Positions 46,799-55,705 of a DNA stretch of 64,000 nt are shown piece by piece. The notes beneath the pieces were generated by a model. The model had not been told where the DNA came from. It did not search any database and saw only the letters and a list, made by a program, of their open reading frames with translations. This DNA is from an uncultured Anaerolineaceae bacterium (GTDB lineage Bacteria > Chloroflexota > Anaerolineae > Anaerolineales > E44-bin32). A program made the position numbers and the translations under genes. Within the stretch, counting starts at the first letter, position 1, and each line of letters starts with the position of its first letter. The stretch is from assembly GCA_964388955.1 (NCBI GenBank), contig CAYMCO010000004.1, positions 112,327-176,326 of the forward strand. Reading direction: 5' to 3'.

Positions 46799-46876
46799 TC
46801 TATAGTATTAGGGAGGCCTGAATTCATTTCTGTGACCGCAGGTGTCCAGGAGACAGGCGAAGCACGAGGCAAGCTT

Positions 46877-47578
46877 ATGGGGCAAGAACCGGGGTACGGC
46901 CGCAGCACAGAAATGTACCTCAAGACTATTGCCGAACTGACGGAGCCGGGCGAGTTGGTGGCGATCTCCTCTCTCGCCGAGCGGATGGATATCTCCCCCG
47001 TCTCCGCGACGGAGATGGTCCACCGTATGCAGGAGAAAGGATTGCTGAAACATACGCCCTATCAGGGAGTCGCCTTGACGACAGCCGGTCGCCGCATCGC
47101 CATGGCCACCCTCCGGCGGCACCGCCTTTGGGAGCGATTTCTGGTCGACGCCCTTGGCCTGCCCTGGGAGGAAGTGCATGAAATCGCCTGCAATCTGGAA
47201 CACGCCGCTGGAGCGCAGGTCGCTGAAGCGCTGAGCGCTTTTCTCGGTGACCCGGATCGCTGCCCGCACGGCAATCCTATTCCCGAAGCAGGCCCCCGCA
47301 ATACCCCAGCCGCAGAGACACATCTGGACGAGCTAAACGCCGGGGAGGGGGCGATCGTCAGCCGCATCAAACCAGAATCTTCAGTCGTGCTCCGCAGCCT
47401 TGCGCCCTCAGGCATTCGACCTGGATCGCGGATCCGGGTGCGCGCCGTCGGACCCTTGGACGGGCCGCTTGCCATCGATACACCCCAAGGCCCTGTCAGC
47501 TTGGGCGCCAAGCTCGCGGCCCATGTGCGTATCGAACGCCTGCCAGAGAGAACACGGGCCGAGGTCGGAAAAGAATGA
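46877..47578 (+). CDS. DtxR/MntR/IdeR-family metal-dependent regulator with C-terminal FeoA/SH3-like domain
   Basis: Start at MGQEPGYGRSTEMYLKTI. HTH segment ISSLAERMDISPVSATEMVHRM, dimerisation/metal domain with HRLWERFL, and a C-terminal GEGAIVSRI...IRPGSRIRV domain. Confidence 0.85.
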   Translation: MGQEPGYGRSTEMYLKTIAELTEPGELVAISSLAERMDISPVSATEMVHRMQEKGLLKHTPYQGVALTTAGRRIAMATLRRHRLWERFLVDALGLPWEEVHEIACNLEHAAGAQVAEALSAFLGDPDRCPHGNPIPEAGPRNTPAAETHLDELNAGEGAIVSRIKPESSVVLRSLAPSGIRPGSRIRVRAVGPLDGPLAIDTPQGPVSLGAKLAAHVRIERLPERTRAEVGKE

Positions 47579-49629
47579 ACTCCTGCCATTCCTCCCCGGG
47601 CCACGCCGAATCCACACTCGAGGTGGGATTCCCTGACCGTGGTCGGGCGAAGGCCGACCCATCCCACGCCCGGGGCCCAGGCGCTATTTCCCCGTTGGAG
47701 AGCGCCGGGGCAATCGCGCTGGTCGGTCATCCAAACGTGGGCAAATCGGCCCTGTTCCAACACCTGACCGGATTGCACGTCACAGTCTCCAATTACCCGG
47801 GGACAACAATCGAGGTCATTCACGGTCCCAGCCAGACCCTGGAGGGCGCCGAGATCGTCGACACGCCGGGCGTGGTGACCCTGCCCTCCAGCACCACAGA
47901 CGAGCAGGCGACCGTCCGTCTGCTGCTCAGTGGGCCGCTGAAGGCCGTTATTCAGGTGGGGGACGCCAAGAACCTGCACCGCTCCCTGCTGTTGACCGTC
48001 ATTCTGGCGGAGATGGAAATCCCTATGGTGCTTGCGCTCAACATGGTGGACGAAGCGCATTCCCGCGGTATCGAACTGAACACGGATGCGCTCGTCGCTC
48101 GCATTCACGCGCCCGCCGTGAAGACGGTCGCTGTGCGAGGCGAGGGTTTGGAGGATCTTCTTTCGGCCGTCCGCCAGGCGCCAGCCCCTCATTTACATCT
48201 GCAGTATGCGCAGGAGATCGAGGCCGCTGTCGCGGAAATATCCCCGCATTTGCCACCCGCCGGGATCAGCCCCCGCTCGCTGGCGTTGCTTTGGTTCTCC
48301 AATGACCCCGCTGTGGACGATTTTCTGGCTCAGGCCTGTGACCGGACAGGGTATCTACATCTGATTGAGCACCGAGATAGGCTGCAGTTGGCGTTCGGGG
48401 AGCCGCTCTCCCTGGTGATCCAGCGGGCGCGCCTGGATTTCGTGGAGCAACTGGCAGCGGGCGTGGTGCTGGACAGCGGTGGGCCCTGGTCCGATTTCTC
48501 CTCTCGTCTCGGCCGGCTGGCCACGCATCCTTTTTGGGGCATTCCCATCCTGCTGCTGGTCCTGTTTGGCATGTATTGGTTCGTAGGGGTATTTGGAGCA
48601 GGAACGCTTGTCGATCTGCTGGAACGGGGGCTCTTCCGGGGGGTGATCAACCCCCCGCTGGTCTCCTGGGTGCAGAAGACCTCACCACTGCCCATGCTGT
48701 CCGACCTGCTGGTGGGAGAATATGGTCTCTGGACTATGGGTATGACCTACGCCGTAGCCTTGATTCTCCCCATCGTCACCACCTTCTTCCTGGCATTCAG
48801 CCTCATGGAGGATTCCGGGTACCTGCCGCGTCTTGCAGCATTTACCAACCGAATGTTCCGATTTATCGGGCTCAATGGCAAGGCAGTGCTACCCATGGTG
48901 CTCGGGCTGGGCTGTGTGACTATGGCGACCATGACTTCCCGCATTATGGAAACCAAACGCGACCGGCTGATGGTGATCTTGCTGCTGGCGCTGGCAATAC
49001 CTTGCTCCGCGCAACTGGGCATCGTCATGGGCATGCTCGCCAGCGTCTCCTTTGTCGCCACGGCGATCTGGGCGCTGGTCGTTCTGGGTGTACTGCTCGT
49101 CATTGGCTGGCTCGCAGCCAGGATTTTGCCTGGCGAGCGCACCTCGCTCCTGCTCGAGTTGCCACCCCTGCGCCGGCCGGCAATCTCGAACGTGCTGGCG
49201 AAGACGACCGCCCGCATCGAATGGTATCTGAAGGAGGTCTTGCCCCTCTTTCTCCTCGGAGCGCTGATCATGTTCATCATGGACAAGACGGGAGCGCTGG
49301 ACTGGTTGATCCGCGCCGCGGAGCCCCTGGTCTCAGGATGGCTCGGCCTGCCCGCACAAGCAAGCGCGGCCTTCATCCTCGGATTTCTGCGCCGCGATTT
49401 CGGAGCCACGGGCCTCTTTGTGATGGAGTCTCAGGGCTTGCTTGACCCCCGTCAAACCCTGGTCGCCATGGTCACCATCACCCTGTTCATACCCTGCATC
49501 GCCAGCGTGTTGATGATCGCCAAAGAGCGTGGCTGGCGGACCTCGTTGGCGGTGATGGGCTTGGTGATGCCATTGGCGTTTCTGACCGGCGGATTGCTCA
49601 ACTTGGCTCTGCTGGGAGTTGGATGGTGA
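47575..49629 (+). CDS. feoB: ferrous iron transporter FeoB
   Basis: 684 aa. N-terminal G-domain GHPNVGKSALF...DTPG followed by a multi-TM gate domain. ATGA overlap with the regulator gene. Confidence 0.9.
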   Translation: MNSCHSSPGHAESTLEVGFPDRGRAKADPSHARGPGAISPLESAGAIALVGHPNVGKSALFQHLTGLHVTVSNYPGTTIEVIHGPSQTLEGAEIVDTPGVVTLPSSTTDEQATVRLLLSGPLKAVIQVGDAKNLHRSLLLTVILAEMEIPMVLALNMVDEAHSRGIELNTDALVARIHAPAVKTVAVRGEGLEDLLSAVRQAPAPHLHLQYAQEIEAAVAEISPHLPPAGISPRSLALLWFSNDPAVDDFLAQACDRTGYLHLIEHRDRLQLAFGEPLSLVIQRARLDFVEQLAAGVVLDSGGPWSDFSSRLGRLATHPFWGIPILLLVLFGMYWFVGVFGAGTLVDLLERGLFRGVINPPLVSWVQKTSPLPMLSDLLVGEYGLWTMGMTYAVALILPIVTTFFLAFSLMEDSGYLPRLAAFTNRMFRFIGLNGKAVLPMVLGLGCVTMATMTSRIMETKRDRLMVILLLALAIPCSAQLGIVMGMLASVSFVATAIWALVVLGVLLVIGWLAARILPGERTSLLLELPPLRRPAISNVLAKTTARIEWYLKEVLPLFLLGALIMFIMDKTGALDWLIRAAEPLVSGWLGLPAQASAAFILGFLRRDFGATGLFVMESQGLLDPRQTLVAMVTITLFIPCIASVLMIAKERGWRTSLAVMGLVMPLAFLTGGLLNLALLGVGW

Positions 49630-49850
49630 ACAGAACCGTGCAGCTGTTTACATGCCCCCTATGCGGCTATCGCTTCATCCCCCACACCCAGTTGGGGTGT
49701 GCCTCCTGCGTCATTCACAGAGACTGCGGCCTGATCTGCTGCCCAGCCTGCGGATACTCGACCACCGATCCGCGCGCATCGAAGATCGTCGATTGGATAT
49801 CCAGCGCGCTCGGAAGAAAGCGCCAGCATGAGAAGACGAAAGGGACATAG
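49623..49850 (+). CDS. Cys-rich miniprotein (8 Cys in CPLC / CASC / CGLICCPAC)
   Basis: 75 aa. Its ATG overlaps the feoB stop (ATGGTGA). No family recognised. Confidence 0.5.
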   Translation: MVNRTVQLFTCPLCGYRFIPHTQLGCASCVIHRDCGLICCPACGYSTTDPRASKIVDWISSALGRKRQHEKTKGT

Positions 49851-50157
49851 TCAAGGCCGCAGGGGTTTCCTGGGCGCCTTGATTCGTCCTCGAGGCCCAG
49901 GGCGGCGAAAGAGGGGCGGCTGCCAACGAGCCACCCTCACATTGGCCGACATCCCGGCCGGCAGTCGGGTCCAAGTCCGTGGCTTCCGCCCCATCGACCC
50001 GGTTCGGCGCCAGCGCCTGCAAGCCTATGGCCTTTGCCTGGGCCAGCATCTGGAAGTAGTGCAACAATCCCCGGTCACCATCATCCGCGCCGCGCATACC
50101 GAGTTGGCGATGGAGAAGGACCTGGCAAGATCAATCGTGGTGCGGGCAAAGACGTGA
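49828..50157 (+). CDS. feoA: FeoA-domain protein with Arg-rich N-terminal extension
   Basis: FeoA/SH3-like core LADIPAGSRVQVRGF...LGQHLEVVQQSPVTIIR, preceded by about 35 Arg/Gly-rich residues. Start is uncertain. Confidence 0.7.
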   Translation: MRRRKGHSQGRRGFLGALIRPRGPGRRKRGGCQRATLTLADIPAGSRVQVRGFRPIDPVRRQRLQAYGLCLGQHLEVVQQSPVTIIRAAHTELAMEKDLARSIVVRAKT

Positions 50158-50221
50158 TGCGCAGGGCGCCGGGGGAGCCGCCTGATGGGACGTCTCCGCA
50201 CAGGGTTGACCCGGTCGAAGG

Positions 50222-51772
50222 ATGACATCCAAAAAGAGGTTGGAAGCGGTGCTACAGAGGATCACCCGCATACTCGAGCAGGGCAACCCGCAGAGGAGCC
50301 TGCAGACAAAGGTGACACTCTTGATTCTGGGCCCCTCCCTGCTGATCCTGGCGGTCGCGGGCGCGGTGGGATACGCGCAATCACGCCACCGAGTGCTGAG
50401 GAACATGTCCTTGCTGACATCTCAGACCGCCCAGGTAATCCAAGTGGCCCTGCGTCGAGATATGCTCGCCTCCGATTTTGAGAGCATGCAGGAGACGTTG
50501 GATATCATCGCCCGGGACAAGCATATCGATAACCTATATCTGCTGGACACGGATGGCCGGGTGGTGTTCGCGCCCCACAAGGCGAGCGTCGGCGAAGTTT
50601 TCAGCAACAAGGAACCTGCTTGCCAGCCCTGCCATTCACTTTCCCCGGCGGAGCGACCGCTGGGAGTGGCTGTGACAAATAGCGCGGGCCAGCCGGTGTT
50701 CCGCAGCATGCAGCCTATCGAGGTCCAGCCCGAATGCAGCCGCTGCCATGATCCCGATCAGCGCATCATCGGTCTGCTGTTGACAGATGTGGCCATATCA
50801 CCTTTCGAATCTGCTATCGCCCAAGAGACCCGTAATTCGCTCCTCTGGTGGGTTGGCACCATCATTCTGATCGTGATATTGGTCAATCTGGCGATCTCGC
50901 GCTTTGTGCTGCGCAGGATCAGCCATCTATCGGCCGCGATCGATCGTTTCGGACAGAATATGGAGCCCCCTTCGCTCCCCGATTCCCCCATGGATGAGAT
51001 CGGGAAGCTGAGCGGAGCTTTCGAATCCATGACGGCCCGCATCATCCAGCGAGAGGGTGAGAACAAGGATCTGACCGCGGCATTGGGGAGGCGGATGGAA
51101 GAGCGGGACAGGCTGCTGAAGCGCCTGATTGAGGCACAGGAACAGGAACGCAAGCGTCTGGCGCGAGAGCTGCATGACGACCTCGGTCAAGGGCTGAGCA
51201 CCGTGGCGCTGAACGTTGAGCTTGTGCAGAGCTCGATGCAGACCGATTCCGAATCCGCCCATCGCCACCTCGCGAGAATCCATGAGCTGGTCGCCGACGC
51301 CACCGAGCGGATGTACGATTTGATTCTCGGGCTTCGGCCCTCCTCCCTGGACGACTTGGGGCTGGTGGCGGCCCTGCGGGCGCTCGTCGGCCGCACCCTG
51401 GAAGCGGCTGGAATAGAGTGCGATTTCAACGTCCCGCAAGGCGACCGGCGATTGCCTCAAGAGGTCGAGATCACCCTGTTCCGCATCATTCAAGAGGCGC
51501 TCACCAACGTCGTCAAGCACGCGCACGCTGGCCATGTCGAACTCAAGCTCTGCCGGCAGGACGGCCTGTTGATCACAGAGATCAACGACAACGGCGTCGG
51601 CTTCAATCCCCTGGATCTCGACCGGCCCGGAGCGGCCGAGCGCGGTCTGGGGCTGCTGGGGATGCGCGAACGAGTGGAGCAATGCCAGGGGACGATCTCC
51701 ATTTGCAGCCAGCCCGGGCAAGGCACCCATATCATCGTGGAGCTACCGCTGAGGGAGACATGGCATGCGTGA
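50222..51772 (+). CDS. NarL-class sensor histidine kinase with periplasmic domain carrying two CXXCH motifs
   Basis: 516 aa. Two TM helices flank a ~150-aa loop containing CQPCH (50621..50635) and CSRCH (50735..50749). Followed by HAMP, HisKA_3 (ELHDDLGQ) and HATPase_c domains. Confidence 0.85.
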   Translation: MTSKKRLEAVLQRITRILEQGNPQRSLQTKVTLLILGPSLLILAVAGAVGYAQSRHRVLRNMSLLTSQTAQVIQVALRRDMLASDFESMQETLDIIARDKHIDNLYLLDTDGRVVFAPHKASVGEVFSNKEPACQPCHSLSPAERPLGVAVTNSAGQPVFRSMQPIEVQPECSRCHDPDQRIIGLLLTDVAISPFESAIAQETRNSLLWWVGTIILIVILVNLAISRFVLRRISHLSAAIDRFGQNMEPPSLPDSPMDEIGKLSGAFESMTARIIQREGENKDLTAALGRRMEERDRLLKRLIEAQEQERKRLARELHDDLGQGLSTVALNVELVQSSMQTDSESAHRHLARIHELVADATERMYDLILGLRPSSLDDLGLVAALRALVGRTLEAAGIECDFNVPQGDRRLPQEVEITLFRIIQEALTNVVKHAHAGHVELKLCRQDGLLITEINDNGVGFNPLDLDRPGAAERGLGLLGMRERVEQCQGTISICSQPGQGTHIIVELPLRETWHA

Positions 51773-52406
51773 GCGTATTCGGGTCCTGATCGCCGACGAC
51801 CATACGATCTTCCGCTCTGGATTGAACATGCTGCTGTCGAGCCAACCGGATATCGAAGTTGTCGGCGAGGCGACGGACGGCGACGAGTCCATCGCCGCCG
51901 CGGCCCGCCTGCGGCCCGACGTGATCCTGATGGACATCGGCATGCCCAACCTGAATGGAATAGAGGCCACGCGGCAGATCCGCGAGCGCGTGCCCGAAGC
52001 CGAGGTGTTGGTGCTCACCATGCATCGCTCCGACGAGTACTTCTTCCAGATGCTGGAAGCCGGTGCTTCGGGGTACATCCTCAAGGGCGCGGAGACCCAA
52101 GAATTGATCAGCGCCGTGCGCACCGTAGCGAAAGGGGAGGTCTTCCTATATCCGTCACTGGCCGGGAAGCTGGTGAAAGAGTATCTGAAACGAACCAACA
52201 TCGAGGGAGAGGACTCCCCCTTGTCTGAACGCGAAAGGCAGATCCTCAGGCTCATCGCCGAAGGGTTCACCGGCAAAGAGATCGCGGACCGCCTGGTGAT
52301 CAGCCCAAGCACGGTTCACTCCCACCGCACGAACATCATGCACAAATTGGAGCTGAAGAGCCGCCATGAGTTGGTGCGCTATGCCCGCCAGCGAGGGCTG
52401 CTCTAA
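51765..52406 (+). CDS. NarL/LuxR-family response regulator
   Basis: 213 aa. Receiver domain (LIADDH...DVILMDIGMP) plus a LuxR-type HTH (LSERERQILRLIAEGFTGKEIA). 8-nt overlap with the kinase gene. Confidence 0.9.
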   Translation: MRERIRVLIADDHTIFRSGLNMLLSSQPDIEVVGEATDGDESIAAAARLRPDVILMDIGMPNLNGIEATRQIRERVPEAEVLVLTMHRSDEYFFQMLEAGASGYILKGAETQELISAVRTVAKGEVFLYPSLAGKLVKEYLKRTNIEGEDSPLSERERQILRLIAEGFTGKEIADRLVISPSTVHSHRTNIMHKLELKSRHELVRYARQRGLL

Positions 52407-52468
52407 TCTCCCTCTTCTAATCCAGCTCAACCAACCCGCATATTGACCGCGCGCCAAGATGCCTGGCG

Positions 52469-52495
52469 GAAAACGCCAACGGCTTTGGCGTTTTC
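52469..52495 (+). terminator. intrinsic terminator-like hairpin after the response regulator gene
   Basis: Perfect 11-bp stem GAAAACGCCAA / TTGGCGTTTTC with a 5-nt loop. The 3' arm ends in TTTTC. Confidence 0.55.
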
Positions 52496-52570
52496 GGAGG
52501 CCCACTTGGCACACACTCCGATTACATCCTCCGGCCACTTCCAATATTCTGGTATGGAGGAAGGCTCACT

Positions 52571-52954
52571 ATGGTTGGCCGGAAGGTGTTGGTCCTTTGG
52601 ACCAATCCGCTCTTTCATGAGACCATCCGTGTCCTGCTGCAGCAGGCGGACGTGGAGGTCGTCGGCGCCCTGCGCCGGCTTTCCCATTGGCAAGAACAGG
52701 TCCAGGCCCACCATCCGGATACGGTGATTATCGAGACTGGCGAGGACGAGAGCGCCAGCAACGGAGAGACCCTCTCCATCCTGCGCTCCGGACCAGCGGT
52801 CATCCGGCTCAGCCTTTCGGACAACGAGCTCAGCCTCTACAAACGGCAGCACAGGAGCATCAGCAGCACAGATGAGTTGATCGAGCTTATTCTGCCGGAC
52901 GCCGATCAGTCGCCGCCCGAGGAGAGCGAGGCAGATGCCCAAGGAACTACCTGA
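52571..52954 (+). CDS. hypothetical receiver-like (pseudo-receiver) protein
   Basis: 127 aa with a strong GGAGGAAGG Shine-Dalgarno. Alternating beta/alpha pattern like a CheY fold, but the acidic pocket and phospho-acceptor positions read VLWTN and IIETG. Confidence 0.5.
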   Translation: MVGRKVLVLWTNPLFHETIRVLLQQADVEVVGALRRLSHWQEQVQAHHPDTVIIETGEDESASNGETLSILRSGPAVIRLSLSDNELSLYKRQHRSISSTDELIELILPDADQSPPEESEADAQGTT

Positions 52955-53477
52955 GCGCACCGGGCCGCGCATGCGTTGGTTTCCGCTAGCCATCGGCGTC
53001 CTGCTTGCGGTGTTGTTGGCAGTATTGATCAGCCAGCGCGCCACCCTTTCCTCGCCCGAGCAGCCGATTGATTTCAGTCACCTGCGTCACAGCCAATCCG
53101 GTGTGGAATGCTTGTTCTGCCATCCGAACGCCCTGCGCTCTGACATCGCTGGACTCCCCTCTGTGCAGAAGTGCGCCGGATGCCATCAGGTGATTGCCAC
53201 GGATCAGCCGGAAATCAATCGGGTACTCGGATACTGGGAGAATGGGCAGGCCATCCCATGGCGGCCAGTCGTCAATTTGGATGATTACGTATTCTTCAGC
53301 CACCACGCGCACACCCGGGCCGGGGTCAGCTGCGAGACGTGTCATGGGGATGTCGCTCAAATGGACACCGCCCGCGAGGTCCTTCACATGGACATGGGCT
53401 GGTGTCTCGATTGCCATCTGGAGCAATCGCCCGAGCGGGTCGGCAAACTCGTCGATTGTCTAACCTGTCACGAATGA
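52935..53477 (+). CDS. actA: alternative complex III pentahaem cytochrome c subunit
   Basis: 180 aa. N-terminal TM helix and five CXXCH motifs (CLFCH, CAGCH, CETCH, CLDCH, CLTCH). First gene of the act cluster. Confidence 0.85.
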   Translation: MPKELPERTGPRMRWFPLAIGVLLAVLLAVLISQRATLSSPEQPIDFSHLRHSQSGVECLFCHPNALRSDIAGLPSVQKCAGCHQVIATDQPEINRVLGYWENGQAIPWRPVVNLDDYVFFSHHAHTRAGVSCETCHGDVAQMDTAREVLHMDMGWCLDCHLEQSPERVGKLVDCLTCHE

Positions 53478-55705
53478 GGCATGGGCATATGGGTAGAAAG
53501 ATCGATCGCCGCACCTTCTTGAAGCTCACCGCCGGTGCCACCGCTGTCGCCACCGGGCTGAGCCCACGCACCCGCCGCGTGCTGCTGGAACCCTATGTGC
53601 GCCCGCCCGAGGAGGCCCTGCCCGGACAGGCAACTTGGTATGCGAGCACCTGCCGGCAGTGCCCCGCCGGATGCGGCATCCTGGTGCGGGTCATCAACGG
53701 GCGGCCGCGTAAGATCGAAGGCAACCCGGACCACCCCCTCAACCGAGGAAAGCTCTGCGCCCGTGGCCAGGCCGGTCTGCAGGCTCTATATGATCCAGAC
53801 CGGCTGCGCAACGCAGTCCGGCAGGCGGCAGCACCGGGCTATCACTACTTCGAGCCAATCGCCTGGGGTCAGGCGCTCGATCAGATCGCTTCCCGCCTCA
53901 GCGGCGCGGGAAGCGGGACACGGGTCGCGTTCCTGGCGAACTGGTTGCCGGATCACCTATACGATCTCGCCAGCCGATTCTTGGGGGCGTTCGATGTAGG
54001 CCCCCCTGTGGTTTATGACCTCCACACCGCCCTCGAGGGGCGCTCCGTGCTCGCCGAAGCGGCTGAGCATTGGTTCGACACGCGCGACTTGCCCATCTAC
54101 GACATCTCGCGGGCCGAGGTGATCTTCTCCTTCGGTGCGAACTTCCTTGAGACGTGGATGTCCCCCGTCTCCCAAGCGGTCGATTTTGGCGGTATGCGCC
54201 AGGGTCAGGTGAGCGGACGGGGTCATTTCGTCCAATTCGAACCCCGCCTGTCTTCCACAGGCGCAACCGCGGATGAGTGGGTGCCCATCCGGCCGGGGAC
54301 GGAGGGATTTGTGGCCCTGGGGATCGGCCGTGTGATCGTGGAGGAAAACCTGGGGCAGGTGGGGTTGCAGCGGGCGAACGCCGGTCTATATCGGGACGTG
54401 AGCGTGGCGCAAGCCGCTGAGGCGAGCGGAATGCCGGCCGATGAGCTCCGGCGCCTGGCGCGGATCCTCGCCAGCGTCGAGAGACCGCTCGCGATCCCCG
54501 GGGGTTCCCTCTCCGGGGTATCCAACGGCGTCGCGGCAGCCGAAGCCATCATGGCGCTGAATGTGATCCTGCAGCGCCTGGGCCGCGAGGGCGGCGTCTT
54601 CCTGCCTCAGCCCTTGCCCACCCAGACTTTCTCGAACCGGACCACACCCAGTTCATACCATCAGATGGCAGAGTTGATTGACAGCATGCGGCGAGGGCTG
54701 GTGGATGTGCTCTTCATCCACGGCGCCAACCCCGTCTATGAACTTCCTCCCTGGATGGATTTCCTGCGGTCAATGCAGAAAGTGCCGCTGGTCGTGTCAT
54801 TCAGTTCCATAGTGGATGAGACGGCGGCATATGCCGATCTGGTGCTGCCGGACCATTCCTATCTGGAAGCATGGGGATACGAGGTGAACCGGATCGGGGT
54901 CGATCGCCCTATCGTGAGCAGTCAGCAGCCAGTGACGCGGCCGCTGTACGACACCCGCTCGACGGCAGATGTGCTGCTGGCCCTTGCGGCGCGCCTGGGC
55001 GGTAGGGCCGCGGAGGCCCTGCCCTGGACGAACGAGGTCGACTACTTGAGGGAACAGGCCAGCGCGTTGCTGGGCTCCAGCATCGGCGCATTCGATGCCC
55101 AGACCCCGGGCGGATTTTGGAGCACCTGGCGCCAACTCGGCGGATGGTGGGCCCGGAACCCCATCCGGCGCGAGCCTGTCACCACCCGCTCGTTGTCCGC
55201 CCCCCTGCAGGTGCCTGAGCCGATGCTTGTGGGGGATGAAACCCGCTTTCCGCTGCTCCTCGTCCCTTTCGAATCCATCACTCTGACCGATGGCCGAGGC
55301 GCCAATCAGCCCTGGCTGCAAGAGACCCCAGATCCGATGACGACCGCGCGTTGGGGAACATGGATCGAGCTGAACCCCGAGACGGCGGCCCGGCTGGGCG
55401 TCGAGAACAACGATCTGGTGCGCGTTGTCTCGACATACGATGAGATTGAGATTCCCGTGGTGGCCTATCCCGCCATCCGCCCAGACGTGGTTGCCATCCC
55501 CACCGGGCAAGGTCACAAAGATGGGGGGCGGTTTGCGGCCAACCGCGGGGCCAACGTGATGGCAGTGATGGCAACTCCCAAGAATCCCTTCGCCGATCAC
55601 ATGCCGTGGGCATCCACCCGAGTGCGGGTCGAGCCCACCGGCAAGAGACAGCAACTCGCCCGATTGGAGAGCTTGGATGCCGAAGGTCGCGAAACACTCC
55701 GCTGA
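53474..55705 (+). CDS. actB: alternative complex III molybdopterin-oxidoreductase-like subunit (ActB1)
   Basis: Tat signal DRRTFLKLTAGATAVA, N-terminal Cys cluster CRQCPAGCG, and a large MopB-like fold. ATG at 53474 overlaps the actA stop; ATG at 53489 is also possible. Confidence 0.85.
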   Translation: MRHGHMGRKIDRRTFLKLTAGATAVATGLSPRTRRVLLEPYVRPPEEALPGQATWYASTCRQCPAGCGILVRVINGRPRKIEGNPDHPLNRGKLCARGQAGLQALYDPDRLRNAVRQAAAPGYHYFEPIAWGQALDQIASRLSGAGSGTRVAFLANWLPDHLYDLASRFLGAFDVGPPVVYDLHTALEGRSVLAEAAEHWFDTRDLPIYDISRAEVIFSFGANFLETWMSPVSQAVDFGGMRQGQVSGRGHFVQFEPRLSSTGATADEWVPIRPGTEGFVALGIGRVIVEENLGQVGLQRANAGLYRDVSVAQAAEASGMPADELRRLARILASVERPLAIPGGSLSGVSNGVAAAEAIMALNVILQRLGREGGVFLPQPLPTQTFSNRTTPSSYHQMAELIDSMRRGLVDVLFIHGANPVYELPPWMDFLRSMQKVPLVVSFSSIVDETAAYADLVLPDHSYLEAWGYEVNRIGVDRPIVSSQQPVTRPLYDTRSTADVLLALAARLGGRAAEALPWTNEVDYLREQASALLGSSIGAFDAQTPGGFWSTWRQLGGWWARNPIRREPVTTRSLSAPLQVPEPMLVGDETRFPLLLVPFESITLTDGRGANQPWLQETPDPMTTARWGTWIELNPETAARLGVENNDLVRVVSTYDEIEIPVVAYPAIRPDVVAIPTGQGHKDGGRFAANRGANVMAVMATPKNPFADHMPWASTRVRVEPTGKRQQLARLESLDAEGRETLR

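Noticed and set aside
47062-48192. 376-aa minus-strand ORF opposite dtxR and feoB
   Set aside because: It is antisense to two strongly supported genes and looks like a shadow ORF.
53339-53473. N-terminal extension of the ActB1 ORF back to 53339, and similar extensions (349..774 before the CN-hydrolase, 58014..58379 before actE, 31446..31616 before cytochrome b, 63581..63760 before pyrF-pyrE)
   Set aside because: These extensions overlap the 3' ends of upstream genes in another frame and encode Arg/Gly/Pro-rich sequence. Internal ATG or GTG starts fit Tat or signal peptides, Shine-Dalgarno sequences and stop-start coupling much better.
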